Assembly: GCA_947464275.1 (NCBI GenBank) | Contig: CANHVU010000013.1 | Location: 22,219-86,218 of the forward strand | Direction: 5' to 3' | Length of the DNA: 64,000 nucleotides | Origin: Bacteroidota bacterium | Lineage (GTDB): Bacteria; Bacteroidota; Bacteroidia; UKL13-3 | Part shown: positions 50,841 through 60,604 of the stretch, piece after piece | Numbering within the stretch: position 1 is the first letter of the stretch | Layout: every line of letters starts with the position of its first letter | Made by a program: the position numbers and the translations under genes | Notes under the pieces: model-generated | Database searches by the model: none | What the model was told of the DNA's origin: nothing | What the model saw: the letters and a program-made list of their open reading frames with translations, nothing else

Positions 50841-51102
50841 CCGCTGGTGCGAGCGTCCGCTCGTTCCAACTCATTCAATTGATAACAATATTTTTCATTA
50901 CTCATCAACAATTTTATTACCAAGCATTTTACAAAACCCTTGTAAAAATATCAATCCAGTGCACAGTAGCAAAACTTATAAAATATAGTTTTGTTTGGTC
51001 TAAGAATTTATACTTTTTGCTCATATTGCAATATTATAATTTTCAATTTGTATTGCCATACCTTTTGTTGCTTTGAATGAGCGGACGCTCGAACCAGCAG
51101 GG
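50839..51102 (-). mobile_element. REP-bounded miniature element with RAYT transposase 5' remnant, copy 1
   Basis: Terminal inverted arms GCTGGTGCGAGCGTCCGCTCGTTC / GAATGAGCGGACGCTCGAACCAGC; near-identical to 51519-51782. Confidence 0.8.
50929..51024 (-). pseudogene. N-terminal fragment of a REP-associated tyrosine transposase (RAYT, Y1)
   Basis: Manual translation MSKKYKFLDQTKLYFISFATVHWIDIFTRVL* matches the YF(I/L)(S/T)F.TV.WID(V/I)FTR start of Bacteroidota RAYTs; the HUH motif is absent. Confidence 0.75.
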
Positions 51103-51169
51103 TGATAAAAGATATACCCACTTGGGGCGGTATATTTGGTTGGATTGTTTAATACATAACAGTAGCAGT

Positions 51170-51442
51170 TCATTTGCCATTTAGCATTTCCATTATTTGA
51201 ATTACCATTACTATCATTAAAATTAATGCAAACAAAATAATAGCATATCCATTAATTTTCATCCAAATTATTTCCTTGTTTCCAAGCAATCTGCTTCTTA
51301 ATTCTTTATTTGAGACTGAACTTTTGGAACTTTTATCGAAAAAATTTACTGTTTTTTGTGTATTTTTAATTGCATTATATCCAAATATCAATAGAATCGA
51401 TACTAAAATTAATAATATTATTATGCTTGCAAATTTTTCCAT
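51170..51442 (-). CDS. Orphan two-TM small protein (cassette-like gene 2)
   Basis: 90-aa ORF between the two element copies with its own TACATTTG box (51498-51505, minus strand). Confidence 0.6.
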   Translation of the reverse strand: MEKFASIIILLILVSILLIFGYNAIKNTQKTVNFFDKSSKSSVSNKELRSRLLGNKEIIWMKINGYAIILFALILMIVMVIQIMEMLNGK

Positions 51443-51518
51443 AATTTTAGTCTTTATTGTTTTTTATTAAAAATAAATAGCATACCCAAAAATCTATCAA
51501 ATGTATAATAGTAACTTG

Positions 51519-51782
51519 CCCCGCTGGTGCGAGCGTCCGCTCGTTCCAACTCATTCAATTGATAACAATATATTTCATTACTCATCAACAATTTTATTAC
51601 CAATCATTTTACAAAACCCTTGTAAAAATATCAATCCAGTGCACAGTAGCAAAACTTTCAAAATATAGTTTTGTTTGGTCTAAGAATTAAACTTTCTGCT
51701 CATATTGCAATATTATAATTTTCAATTTGTATTGCCATACCTTTTGTTGCTTTGAACGAGCGGACGCTCGCACCAGCAGGGG
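51519..51782 (-). mobile_element. REP-bounded miniature element with RAYT 5' remnant, copy 2
   Basis: Perfect 24-bp terminal inverted repeat GCTGGTGCGAGCGTCCGCTCGTTC / GAACGAGCGGACGCTCGCACCAGC. The remnant ATG at 51703 gives MSRKFNS* (1-nt deletion relative to copy 1). Confidence 0.8.
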
Positions 51783-51912
51783 TGGCCTCAGGTACGGATA
51801 GTTGGGATTTGTTTGCCTAAAAAATTCAATGTCAAATTATACTTTTTAAAACGCTAGTTATTTTATTAGACCAAATAAATATTATATTTGAGTTAAAATA
51901 ACTGATTTTTAC

Positions 51913-52368
51913 ATGCTTAAAAAAATTATACTCTTGTTCACTTGTGTGTTTTTTATGAAAATAAATAAAACACAAGCTCAAACCACTAAATACTCGGCCG
52001 AGGACTATAAAAACAAACCATTATGGATAGATATGATGGAGGACACCACTGCAAATTATTACGAAGCTGTTAAAGCGTTTGATATATACTGGGTAGGTAG
52101 GCTAAAGCCAATGGAAGAGGAAGATATTATAAGTGAAATAATGTCGAAAAAAGAAGAGCGAGAAAGAGAAAAAAATGAAAGAAAAATAGCAAAACTCAAA
52201 CCTGCACAAAGAGCTGAATTTGACAGAATGAAATATGAAACAAAACGCTTTGAAAACTGGAAAAGGGAAGTGTTTCCTTTTGTTCAAGAAAGCGGGCAAA
52301 TTCTCACACCTTATGAAAGGCAAGAAATTTGGAAAAAACAACAAATAGAAATCGAAAATCAAAAATAG
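51913..52368 (+). CDS. Secreted helical hypothetical protein
   Basis: Signal peptide; WIDMMED..ANYYE..KAF..YW...KRFENW; TATATTTG box at 51883-51890. Confidence 0.75.
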   Translation: MLKKIILLFTCVFFMKINKTQAQTTKYSAEDYKNKPLWIDMMEDTTANYYEAVKAFDIYWVGRLKPMEEEDIISEIMSKKEEREREKNERKIAKLKPAQRAEFDRMKYETKRFENWKREVFPFVQESGQILTPYERQEIWKKQQIEIENQK

Positions 52369-52371
52369 AGA

Positions 52372-55300
52372 ATGAAAAAAATATTTATTTATTGTTTTTT
52401 AGCTTTTGTATTTACTCAAGTTACAATTGGACAAAATGCAAATTGGAGTGCTATTTTACCCGCCAAATTCCCCACCAATGCCAGTGGTCAAATTCATGGT
52501 ATAAGTAGAATTAGTCAATTAAAATTTCACCCAACAAATGCTAACAAAATGTATGCAGTTAGTGCGCGTGGAGGTTTATTTATATCTACCGATGGTGGCA
52601 CCAATTGGACTGTCACACCTGGCACCGATTTTATGAGTTCCGCTAGATTTGCTTCAGTTTGTATAGATCATACCAACGATCAAACTATTTACATAGGCAC
52701 AGGCGATCATAACTATTATTACGCTGGAAATGGTGTAATGAAATCAACCAATGGTGGAACTACCTTTACCCAAACATCATTAACAGGAAAGCTTGTTATT
52801 GATATTATTATGGATCCTAATAACAATAATACTTTAATAGCCATTACAAATACTGGCATATACAAAACTATAGATGCAGGAGTAACTTGGACGCTAAAAA
52901 CAGCCTCAAGAGGATTTGATGACCTAAAACAAAAAACACCTAATTCAAGAACTTTATTTGCCGCAACCAAGGATAGCGCCTTTTTTAGATCCAACGATTT
53001 TGGCGACACCTGGACACAAATAACAAATGGAATAGTTTTACCATCAGGTATTACGAATGGTAACGGATGCAGAATAGCAGTAACACCTGCCGATACCAAT
53101 ATTGTTTATTTAGGAATGGTAGCCAATAGTGGCATAATTTATAAGTCTTCAGATGGAGGTTCTACCTTTACTGCTGTTAAGACTTCAGCATCGCCCTATT
53201 TAACTTATTACGATAACTTATCAACATCATCTGGCCAAGGGGATTACAACTTTGGAATAGGGGTTGATAGAACCAATGCTAATATTTTGTATTTAGTGGC
53301 CCATAATAATTGGAAATCTACAGATGGAGGGGCAACATGGACACAGCTTACCAATTGGTATGCAAAATGCCATACAGATATGCATCAAATTATCACATCG
53401 CCATATAATAATTCAAATTTATACAATATGAATGATGGAGGGGTTTGGTTGAGCACAGATGGAGGAAGTAATTGGACTCCTAAAAGTGATGGAATAAATG
53501 GTTATGAAATTTACCATGGCAACTGCAGCCCCACCAGAAAAGATATGTTAAGTATTGGAACACAAGACAACGGAGAGCTATATGCAAACTCCACAGGTTG
53601 GTTCACCAATAGAGGAGGTGATTGGGGTTCACAATGTGCCTTTGATTACAGAGCAAACAGTTCAATGGTTTACTATTTTTCGAGCAATAAAAGACGTTTG
53701 GTTAATGGAGGAGAATCTACTTATGGTTTACCAAGTCAAGTTACCTTACTGCATGATATTTCATTTCATAGAAGCAACCCGAATTTAGCATTCGTTGCTG
53801 ATTCATTTATATACCGTACCAAAAACTTAACAGCCACTACCCCTACTTGGACTCAAATAGCAAATTTAGGAAAAAAAATAATGGCCATGCATTGCCATTT
53901 TGGTGATTCAAATAGACTTTATATTATTACCAATGATGGACAAATACATGTGAGCACCAATGCGCTCAGTACCACACCAACTTTTACTAGCTATACCCTT
54001 CCAAACACTACAAATAACAAAGCAAGTATCACTTCCATAAAATCTAACCTAAATACCATTTATGTTACCTTAAATACCAAAGTTTATAAATCAATTAATA
54101 ATGGTGTATCGTGGACTAATATTACCTATAACTTGCCTTCTGTTAATCATGTAAACATAATAGCTGATGAATTTTTTTCGTCAAATGAAATGGTATTTAT
54201 TGCAAGTAATAATACGGTTTATTACAAAACAGTTAATGCAACCACTTGGACGATTTTCAGCACCTATTTGCCTACCAGAACTGAAGCCATAGACTTATCT
54301 ATTTACAACGATAGCACATCTAATACATCTCTTAGATTTGCAACTTATGGCAGAGGTGTTTGGGAAACGTCAATTAATAATCTACGAGCACTTACTGCCA
54401 ATTTTATGGCTGACAATACCAATCCATGTAACGGAGCTACTGTAACCTTTTCTGATTTATCAACTGGAAATGTAACCTCACGAAATTGGGTATTTAATGG
54501 AGGGACACCTTCCACTTCTACCGCATCAAACCCGGTTGTTACTTATAATACATTAGGCAGTTTTAACGTTTCTTTGACTGTATCAAATGGTACTTCCAAT
54601 ACAACTACAACGTATAATAATTATATCAATACCAATGGTGGTAATTTACCGTTAGCAGAGAACTTTGAATCTACCATTGATCCACCAAATGGCTGGGTAA
54701 ACAAAGACAATGGAACGGTTAATAATAAATGGGCAAAAACAGCAACGGCAGGCGGTTATGCTCTTTCTGCAAATAGTATGATGTTTGATAATTATAGTTG
54801 GAATATAACAGGTCAAAAAGATGAACTCAATACACCTAGGTTTGATTTATCGAACTATAATTCGGCAAAGCTAACTTTTGACATTGCATACCAAGTTTAT
54901 ACAGGATATTCAGATACCTTAGTTATATTGGCCTCAACAGATTGTGGCAATACCTTTTCGAGAATTTACGCTAAAGGCGGAGCCAATTTATCTTCTGCTG
55001 GCAGTGGAAGTATTAACTTTGTACCTACTGCCAATCAATGGAGAACTGACACCATTAACTTAAGTTCCTACTTAGGTCAATCAAGTGTTATTTTTGCTTT
55101 TCAAAATATCAATGGCTATGGAAATAAATTATATATCGATAATATTAGCCTTACTGCAACAGTTCCTGCACAAGCTGGCGCTGATAAAACTATATGCAAA
55201 AACGACTCCACTACCTTAGGAACCAATGCCAATACAGGAATAACTTATTCATGGACTCCAACAAATGGATTAAATTCATCATCTATAAGTAATCCTTCTG

Positions 55301-56523
55301 CTTCTCCTGCTGCCACTACTACTTATATATTAACTAGTACTCATACTTTATCTAGAATATCAAACAAAGATACTGTAGTAGTTAATGTTAATACTCCTCT
55401 TGCTGCACCTGGTAATCTTGCAATAACATCGGCTACCGAAAATTCAATTGCTTTAAATTGGCAAACTATTATTGGTGCAAATTATTATTTATTAGATGTG
55501 TCGACCGACTCTAATTTTAGTGCGTTTTTATCAGGATATAATTCATTAATCGTATCAGGGAATAGTAAAACCATTTTAGGCTTAATTCCGGGCAACTCCT
55601 ATTATGCCAGGGTTAGAGCATACAATACATGTACTTCCGCATTTTCAAATAAAGTAAAATTAACAACTATATGCAGTGCGCCTACTTTTGTTCCCAACAA
55701 AGTTATATTAGCTACAAGTTCCATTATAAAATGGAATGCTGTAAATGGTGCATTGAATTATACTTTGGATGTTTCAAATACGCGTAATTTTTCTACCTTT
55801 ATAACAGGATATAATTCACTGATGGTTAATAGCGATAGCATTTTGATTAATGGATTAAACGCTAGTACCAAATACTATTTTAGAGTTAAAGCAGTTAATT
55901 CAGCTGGAAGTTCTAGTTATTCTGTAACTGATTCCATTCAAACAATTAATACCATTAATTTAAGTTTCAATTTATTCTTAGAAGGGCTTTATTTAGGCAA
56001 TGGAAAAATGACTACAGCGCCCTTTAATGCCGATGGAGTAAGTCCACAAAATATGGCTGATACCATTAGCATAGAATTACACGATACCAGTGGCTTGTTT
56101 ATGAATGTTTATACCACAAAAGCATTATTAGATACCAATGGATTATGTACAATTAATATTCCATCATCACTTACCAATAACTGGTTTTATTTAGCTATTA
56201 AACATAGAAACTCTATTGAAACTTGGAGTGCAAACCCAATATTTATTAATAATAATACCAATTATAATTTTACCAATGCTCCCAATAAAGCTTACGGTCT
56301 TAATTTAAAAAATGAAAGTGGAGTGTATTTAATTTATAGTGGCGATATAAATCAAGATGGGTCTATTGATTTTGCCGATTATCCGGATCTTGATACTGAG
56401 GCACAAAATGGCATTATTGGTTACCTTAGCACTGACTTAAACGGAGACTCTTCTGTTGACTTTGGTGACTATCCTTTACTTGACCTCAACTCAAGTAATA
56501 GTATTATTTCTTATAAACCTTAA
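52372..56523 (+). CDS. Secreted VPS10/BNR beta-propeller protein with PKD, beta-sandwich, two FN3 and C-terminal dockerin-like Ca-binding repeats
   Basis: Many SxDGGxTW Asp-boxes; ATYGRGVW; FSDLSTG..WVFNGGTP PKD; YYARVRA and YYFRVKA FN3; GDINQDGSIDFAD and DLNGDSSVDFGD. Confidence 0.82.
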   Translation: MKKIFIYCFLAFVFTQVTIGQNANWSAILPAKFPTNASGQIHGISRISQLKFHPTNANKMYAVSARGGLFISTDGGTNWTVTPGTDFMSSARFASVCIDHTNDQTIYIGTGDHNYYYAGNGVMKSTNGGTTFTQTSLTGKLVIDIIMDPNNNNTLIAITNTGIYKTIDAGVTWTLKTASRGFDDLKQKTPNSRTLFAATKDSAFFRSNDFGDTWTQITNGIVLPSGITNGNGCRIAVTPADTNIVYLGMVANSGIIYKSSDGGSTFTAVKTSASPYLTYYDNLSTSSGQGDYNFGIGVDRTNANILYLVAHNNWKSTDGGATWTQLTNWYAKCHTDMHQIITSPYNNSNLYNMNDGGVWLSTDGGSNWTPKSDGINGYEIYHGNCSPTRKDMLSIGTQDNGELYANSTGWFTNRGGDWGSQCAFDYRANSSMVYYFSSNKRRLVNGGESTYGLPSQVTLLHDISFHRSNPNLAFVADSFIYRTKNLTATTPTWTQIANLGKKIMAMHCHFGDSNRLYIITNDGQIHVSTNALSTTPTFTSYTLPNTTNNKASITSIKSNLNTIYVTLNTKVYKSINNGVSWTNITYNLPSVNHVNIIADEFFSSNEMVFIASNNTVYYKTVNATTWTIFSTYLPTRTEAIDLSIYNDSTSNTSLRFATYGRGVWETSINNLRALTANFMADNTNPCNGATVTFSDLSTGNVTSRNWVFNGGTPSTSTASNPVVTYNTLGSFNVSLTVSNGTSNTTTTYNNYINTNGGNLPLAENFESTIDPPNGWVNKDNGTVNNKWAKTATAGGYALSANSMMFDNYSWNITGQKDELNTPRFDLSNYNSAKLTFDIAYQVYTGYSDTLVILASTDCGNTFSRIYAKGGANLSSAGSGSINFVPTANQWRTDTINLSSYLGQSSVIFAFQNINGYGNKLYIDNISLTATVPAQAGADKTICKNDSTTLGTNANTGITYSWTPTNGLNSSSISNPSASPAATTTYILTSTHTLSRISNKDTVVVNVNTPLAAPGNLAITSATENSIALNWQTIIGANYYLLDVSTDSNFSAFLSGYNSLIVSGNSKTILGLIPGNSYYARVRAYNTCTSAFSNKVKLTTICSAPTFVPNKVILATSSIIKWNAVNGALNYTLDVSNTRNFSTFITGYNSLMVNSDSILINGLNASTKYYFRVKAVNSAGSSSYSVTDSIQTINTINLSFNLFLEGLYLGNGKMTTAPFNADGVSPQNMADTISIELHDTSGLFMNVYTTKALLDTNGLCTINIPSSLTNNWFYLAIKHRNSIETWSANPIFINNNTNYNFTNAPNKAYGLNLKNESGVYLIYSGDINQDGSIDFADYPDLDTEAQNGIIGYLSTDLNGDSSVDFGDYPLLDLNSSNSIISYKP

Positions 56524-56524
56524 A

Positions 56525-56821
56525 CTACCTTATTACCACATCCGTAATTAGTTGCTGATTAGATTCTGTATTGACCAAAGCCATTATTTTACCTCTTTGG
56601 TAATTAAGTTCATTGCGCAATGCATTAGAATCTATTTTCAAATAAAGTACGGTGCCTCTAAATTTGATTTCGGTGGTGTTTTTGGCTATTAATGCACCTA
56701 CTAACTTTTCCCAGTTATTAATAATATTTAGCTCGGCTAGTTTAGTGTCTAAATGTTGGTCGTGCAAAAAACTAGAAATGGCACTCTTCAATGTTTGTTC
56801 ATGCTCTTTTTTGGATTTCAT
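56525..56821 (-). CDS. DciA / DUF721 family protein
   Basis: WEKLVG..IAKNT.....GTVLYL....ALRNEL. Confidence 0.8.
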   Translation of the reverse strand: MKSKKEHEQTLKSAISSFLHDQHLDTKLAELNIINNWEKLVGALIAKNTTEIKFRGTVLYLKIDSNALRNELNYQRGKIMALVNTESNQQLITDVVIR

Positions 56822-56947
56822 AAATTAAACTAGCTTACTTGGCAACAATTATACTTAATTAAAAGTAATTTGTAGTATTACCCTAATAATAAAAATTTAA
56901 ACTATAAATACTTTTAATATAGGTAACTAGGTTAAAAATTTGCAAAT

Positions 56948-59893
56948 TTGCAGTTTATAGAACGTATTTTGAAAAGAGCAAACAAACTTTATATATCAAT
57001 TTTAATATTCACACTTAGTTTATTTTTTTTACCGCAGGTTAATGCACAAGTTATTAATTGGAAAAAACAAAACAATTGGGTAGATAGTGTTTTTGCCACC
57101 TTAAGCCCTGATGAACAAATAGCGCAGTTAATGATAATTGCAGCTTACAACACTAAAGATAAAATACATGAAAAAGATGTAGAGTGTCATGTGCGTGATA
57201 TTGGAGTGGGTGGACTTATATTTTTTAAGGGTTCTCCTACCCGACAAGCTATTCTTACCAATCAATACCAAAAAATTTCTAAAGTACCTCTCTTAATTGG
57301 CATTGATGGAGAGTGGGGTTTAAGCATGCGTTTAGATAGCACACCCGTTTTTCCCAGACATTTAGTATTTGGGAGTGCCAATAAAATTGAACTTACAAAA
57401 CAATTTGGGGTTTTAGTTGGCAAACAATGTAAACGAATAGGAATCAATTTCAACTTTGCTCCTGATGCGGATATCAATAACAACATGGCCAATCCAGTTA
57501 TTAACGACCGAAGTTTTGGTGAAAACAAGTACATTGTTGCTAAAAACAGCATAGCTTATATGCTTGGTATGCAAAGTGAAAATATCTTAGCATCGGCAAA
57601 ACATTTTCCAGGACATGGCGATACCGAAAGTGATTCGCATTTTGGCTTGCCCATCATTAAAGGGAGCAGAAAACGCTTAGATAGTTTAGAACTTTATCCA
57701 TTTAAAGAACTTATAGACAATGGCATTTCATCTATAATGACTGCTCATTTATCAGTACCAGCATTAGATACAACACCTAATATGGCTGCTTCTATTTCTC
57801 CTAAAATAATTACCGGATTACTGCGTAATGAGCTTGAGTTTGATGGCTTAATTATTACTGATGCTTTAAATATGAAGGGAGTTAGTAATTTTTATGCACC
57901 AGGCGAAGTTGCCGCAAAAGCTTTTGCTGCTGGAAATGATTTGTTACTATTTGTAGAAGACGTTCCACTTAGTATATCATATATTAAAGACTACATCAAA
58001 CAAGGTATTATTACTTGGCAACAAGTTGAACGTAGTTGTAAAAAAATATTACTTGCAAAATATTGGTGCGGCCTGAACAAATATAAACCTATAGAGCTAA
58101 AAAATTTAACTGAAGAACTCAATAGTTTTGAAAGTGAATTTTTAATAAACCAAGTGGTTAAAAACAGCGTGGTGGTTGCCCGGAATTTAGATAAGATAAT
58201 ACCTATTCCAAACCCCGAAAATTACAAAATAGCTTGTGTAAATGTTGGAAATGCTCAATTCAGCGAATTTCAAATGCAATTAAATAATTATTTAAAAGCC
58301 GATTATTATGCAATAGATAAAAATGATATCCAAACTAATTTTGATAGCCTACTTTCAGTTAGTGATTACTATAATTTAGTCATAATAAGCATACATAATA
58401 CAAGCCGTTTTGTGAGCAAAAACTTAGGATTAACTCAAGTTGAAATTGATTTTATTAAAGCACTTGGCAAGCGCAATAAGTGCATTTTGGTAAACAATGG
58501 CAGTCCATATATTTTACAGCATTTTGATATGTTCAGAAACGTAATTGTAGCATTTGAAGATTTGCCACTTTATAACCAAATAGCAGCCCAGATTTTAGGT
58601 GGTGGAATGGAGTCGAAAGGAAAACTCCCTGTTTCCATTCCCAATATTTACACCTTAGGTGCTGGTATCACATCAGAAGCAATACCTAAATTTAGTTATG
58701 TGTACCCTGTTGAAGCGCAAGTTAACAATACTAAATTAAACAAAATTGATAGCATTATTAAAAATGCTATTGTGCAAAAAGCCATGCCAGGCTGCCAAGT
58801 TTTTATAGCAAAGGATGGTAAAGTTATTTATAATAAATCCCATGGTTTTCATACCTACGATAGTTTAAATCCAGTTAAAAATAATCATGTATATGATGTG
58901 GCCTCTTTAACAAAAGTACTAAGTACCACTTTGGCTGTTATGAAGCTTTACGAAGAAAAAAAATTGAGTTTAGATGACAAAATTGGCCTTTATTTACCTT
59001 GGCTAAAAGGAAGCAACAAAGAAAAAATTAAAATTTCTGACATCCTTAGTCATCAGGCAGGACTAATTCCTTTTATTCCTTTTTACAAAGCTAGTTTATT
59101 GCCCAATGGGCAATTAAATCCTATTGTTTATAGCGATAGTTTAAATAATGACTTTACCTTACAAGTGGCCAACGGAATTTTTATAAACAAAAACTATGAA
59201 AAAGTAATTTGGAAAACCATAGCCGATAGTGATTTAAAAAAGCCTGGAGAGTATTTATATAGCGATTTGGGCTTTATGATGCTACGCAAAATGGTAGAAA
59301 CTATAACCAATAAAGATTTTGAAACTTATTTACAAGAAAGTTTTTACCAACCTTTGAATTTAGCATCTATGGTATTTAACCCGAAAAAAATTATAAATAA
59401 TGATTGGATTATTCCTACAGAATATGATTCAGTTTTTAGAAAACAACAAATTAAAGGATTTGTACACGACCCTGCAGCTGCTATGCTTGGGGGCATAAGT
59501 GGGCATGCTGGTTTGTTTGCAAATGCAAACGATGTTGGTATCATCATGCAAATGCTTTTAAACAAAGGATTTTATGGAAACAATAGGGTATTAAAATCAA
59601 GTACTGTAGAATTATTTACCAAAAAATTTAACAAAATTAGCCGAAGAGGATTGGGTTTTGATAAACCAGAAACAGATATTACAAAAGATAGCCCCACCAG
59701 TAAGATGTGTAGTGAAAGCACCTTTGGACATCAAGGATTTACTGGCACTTGCACTTGGGTAGATCCTGAAGAAAATTTAGTATATGTATTTTTAAGTAAT
59801 AGAATTTACCCAAGTGCTGAAAATAAAAAATTTGGAGAACTAAGTATTCGTACTAAAATACAAGATGTAATTTATGAGGCCATAAAAAAATAA
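56948..59893 (+). CDS. GH3 beta-N-acetylglucosaminidase fused to a beta-lactamase-like serine hydrolase
   Basis: IDGEWG, RSFGE, KHFPGHGDTESDSH, ITDAL; C-terminal ASLTK, YSD, GHQGFTG. Confidence 0.9.
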   Translation: MQFIERILKRANKLYISILIFTLSLFFLPQVNAQVINWKKQNNWVDSVFATLSPDEQIAQLMIIAAYNTKDKIHEKDVECHVRDIGVGGLIFFKGSPTRQAILTNQYQKISKVPLLIGIDGEWGLSMRLDSTPVFPRHLVFGSANKIELTKQFGVLVGKQCKRIGINFNFAPDADINNNMANPVINDRSFGENKYIVAKNSIAYMLGMQSENILASAKHFPGHGDTESDSHFGLPIIKGSRKRLDSLELYPFKELIDNGISSIMTAHLSVPALDTTPNMAASISPKIITGLLRNELEFDGLIITDALNMKGVSNFYAPGEVAAKAFAAGNDLLLFVEDVPLSISYIKDYIKQGIITWQQVERSCKKILLAKYWCGLNKYKPIELKNLTEELNSFESEFLINQVVKNSVVVARNLDKIIPIPNPENYKIACVNVGNAQFSEFQMQLNNYLKADYYAIDKNDIQTNFDSLLSVSDYYNLVIISIHNTSRFVSKNLGLTQVEIDFIKALGKRNKCILVNNGSPYILQHFDMFRNVIVAFEDLPLYNQIAAQILGGGMESKGKLPVSIPNIYTLGAGITSEAIPKFSYVYPVEAQVNNTKLNKIDSIIKNAIVQKAMPGCQVFIAKDGKVIYNKSHGFHTYDSLNPVKNNHVYDVASLTKVLSTTLAVMKLYEEKKLSLDDKIGLYLPWLKGSNKEKIKISDILSHQAGLIPFIPFYKASLLPNGQLNPIVYSDSLNNDFTLQVANGIFINKNYEKVIWKTIADSDLKKPGEYLYSDLGFMMLRKMVETITNKDFETYLQESFYQPLNLASMVFNPKKIINNDWIIPTEYDSVFRKQQIKGFVHDPAAAMLGGISGHAGLFANANDVGIIMQMLLNKGFYGNNRVLKSSTVELFTKKFNKISRRGLGFDKPETDITKDSPTSKMCSESTFGHQGFTGTCTWVDPEENLVYVFLSNRIYPSAENKKFGELSIRTKIQDVIYEAIKK

Positions 59894-60065
59894 AAGGAAG
59901 ATAAGAACATTACTATTTCCGCCCTTGTTATTGTTTTAATAAAGCGATACCAATATATATTTATAAACCCCCTATTTATAGTTTTAACAAACCGCAAAAA
60001 GATTTATTATCAATTCAAAGTTTAGGTTACCGATAAAATAAAAATATTAATTTTATAATTGAGCT

Positions 60066-60569
60066 ATGAAAAATGAAACATTTTGGGTTTTTCTATTAGT
60101 TAATATGCTTTTATTAACTTCGTGTTATTCATACCATGCGCAGGTAGATAAAAGTTCAAAAAAGCTATTCAAGCAATCAAATAAACCAACTGCTTTTATT
60201 GTAAACAAAACCGAATTTCCTAATGAATTTAAGGTTTTAAAAAAATCAGAACTATACACCCTAATCAATGATAGTAATAGTTTACTAAAAATTAAGCTTC
60301 ATAAACAAATTCCTGTTCGTAGGTTTAATTGTTTCACCGGGCAAGCCACAGTATTACTTTTCACGCTAGGACAATTGCCTGTAAAAATGGAAAACAATCA
60401 ATATTTTAAATTAGAAGAAATAAAAAAAGATAGCTCAAAATTACTAGAATTTGAACTTAAAGTAGATACAAGAACTTGGTTTTGGGATATCCTTTCATGG
60501 CGAAAAAACTTTAATAAACAACTAGCATTATCATTACGAAACGAAAAAGTTTTACTCAACAAACCATAA
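60066..60569 (+). CDS. Hypothetical lipoprotein
   Basis: Lipobox LLTSC after a hydrophobic stretch. Confidence 0.65.
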   Translation: MKNETFWVFLLVNMLLLTSCYSYHAQVDKSSKKLFKQSNKPTAFIVNKTEFPNEFKVLKKSELYTLINDSNSLLKIKLHKQIPVRRFNCFTGQATVLLFTLGQLPVKMENNQYFKLEEIKKDSSKLLEFELKVDTRTWFWDILSWRKNFNKQLALSLRNEKVLLNKP

Positions 60570-60603
60570 AAAAAGCTGTCTTTTTTAAAGACAGCTTTTT
60601 TTT
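60568..60603. terminator. Bidirectional terminator
   Basis: A7-GCTGTCTTT-ttt-AAAGACAGC-T8 between convergent genes. Confidence 0.85.
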
Positions 60604-60604
60604 A

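Noticed and set aside
50879-51076. 65-aa plus-strand ORF inside the REP-bounded element
   Set aside because: Antisense to the RAYT remnant and not preserved in copy 2, which has a 1-nt deletion
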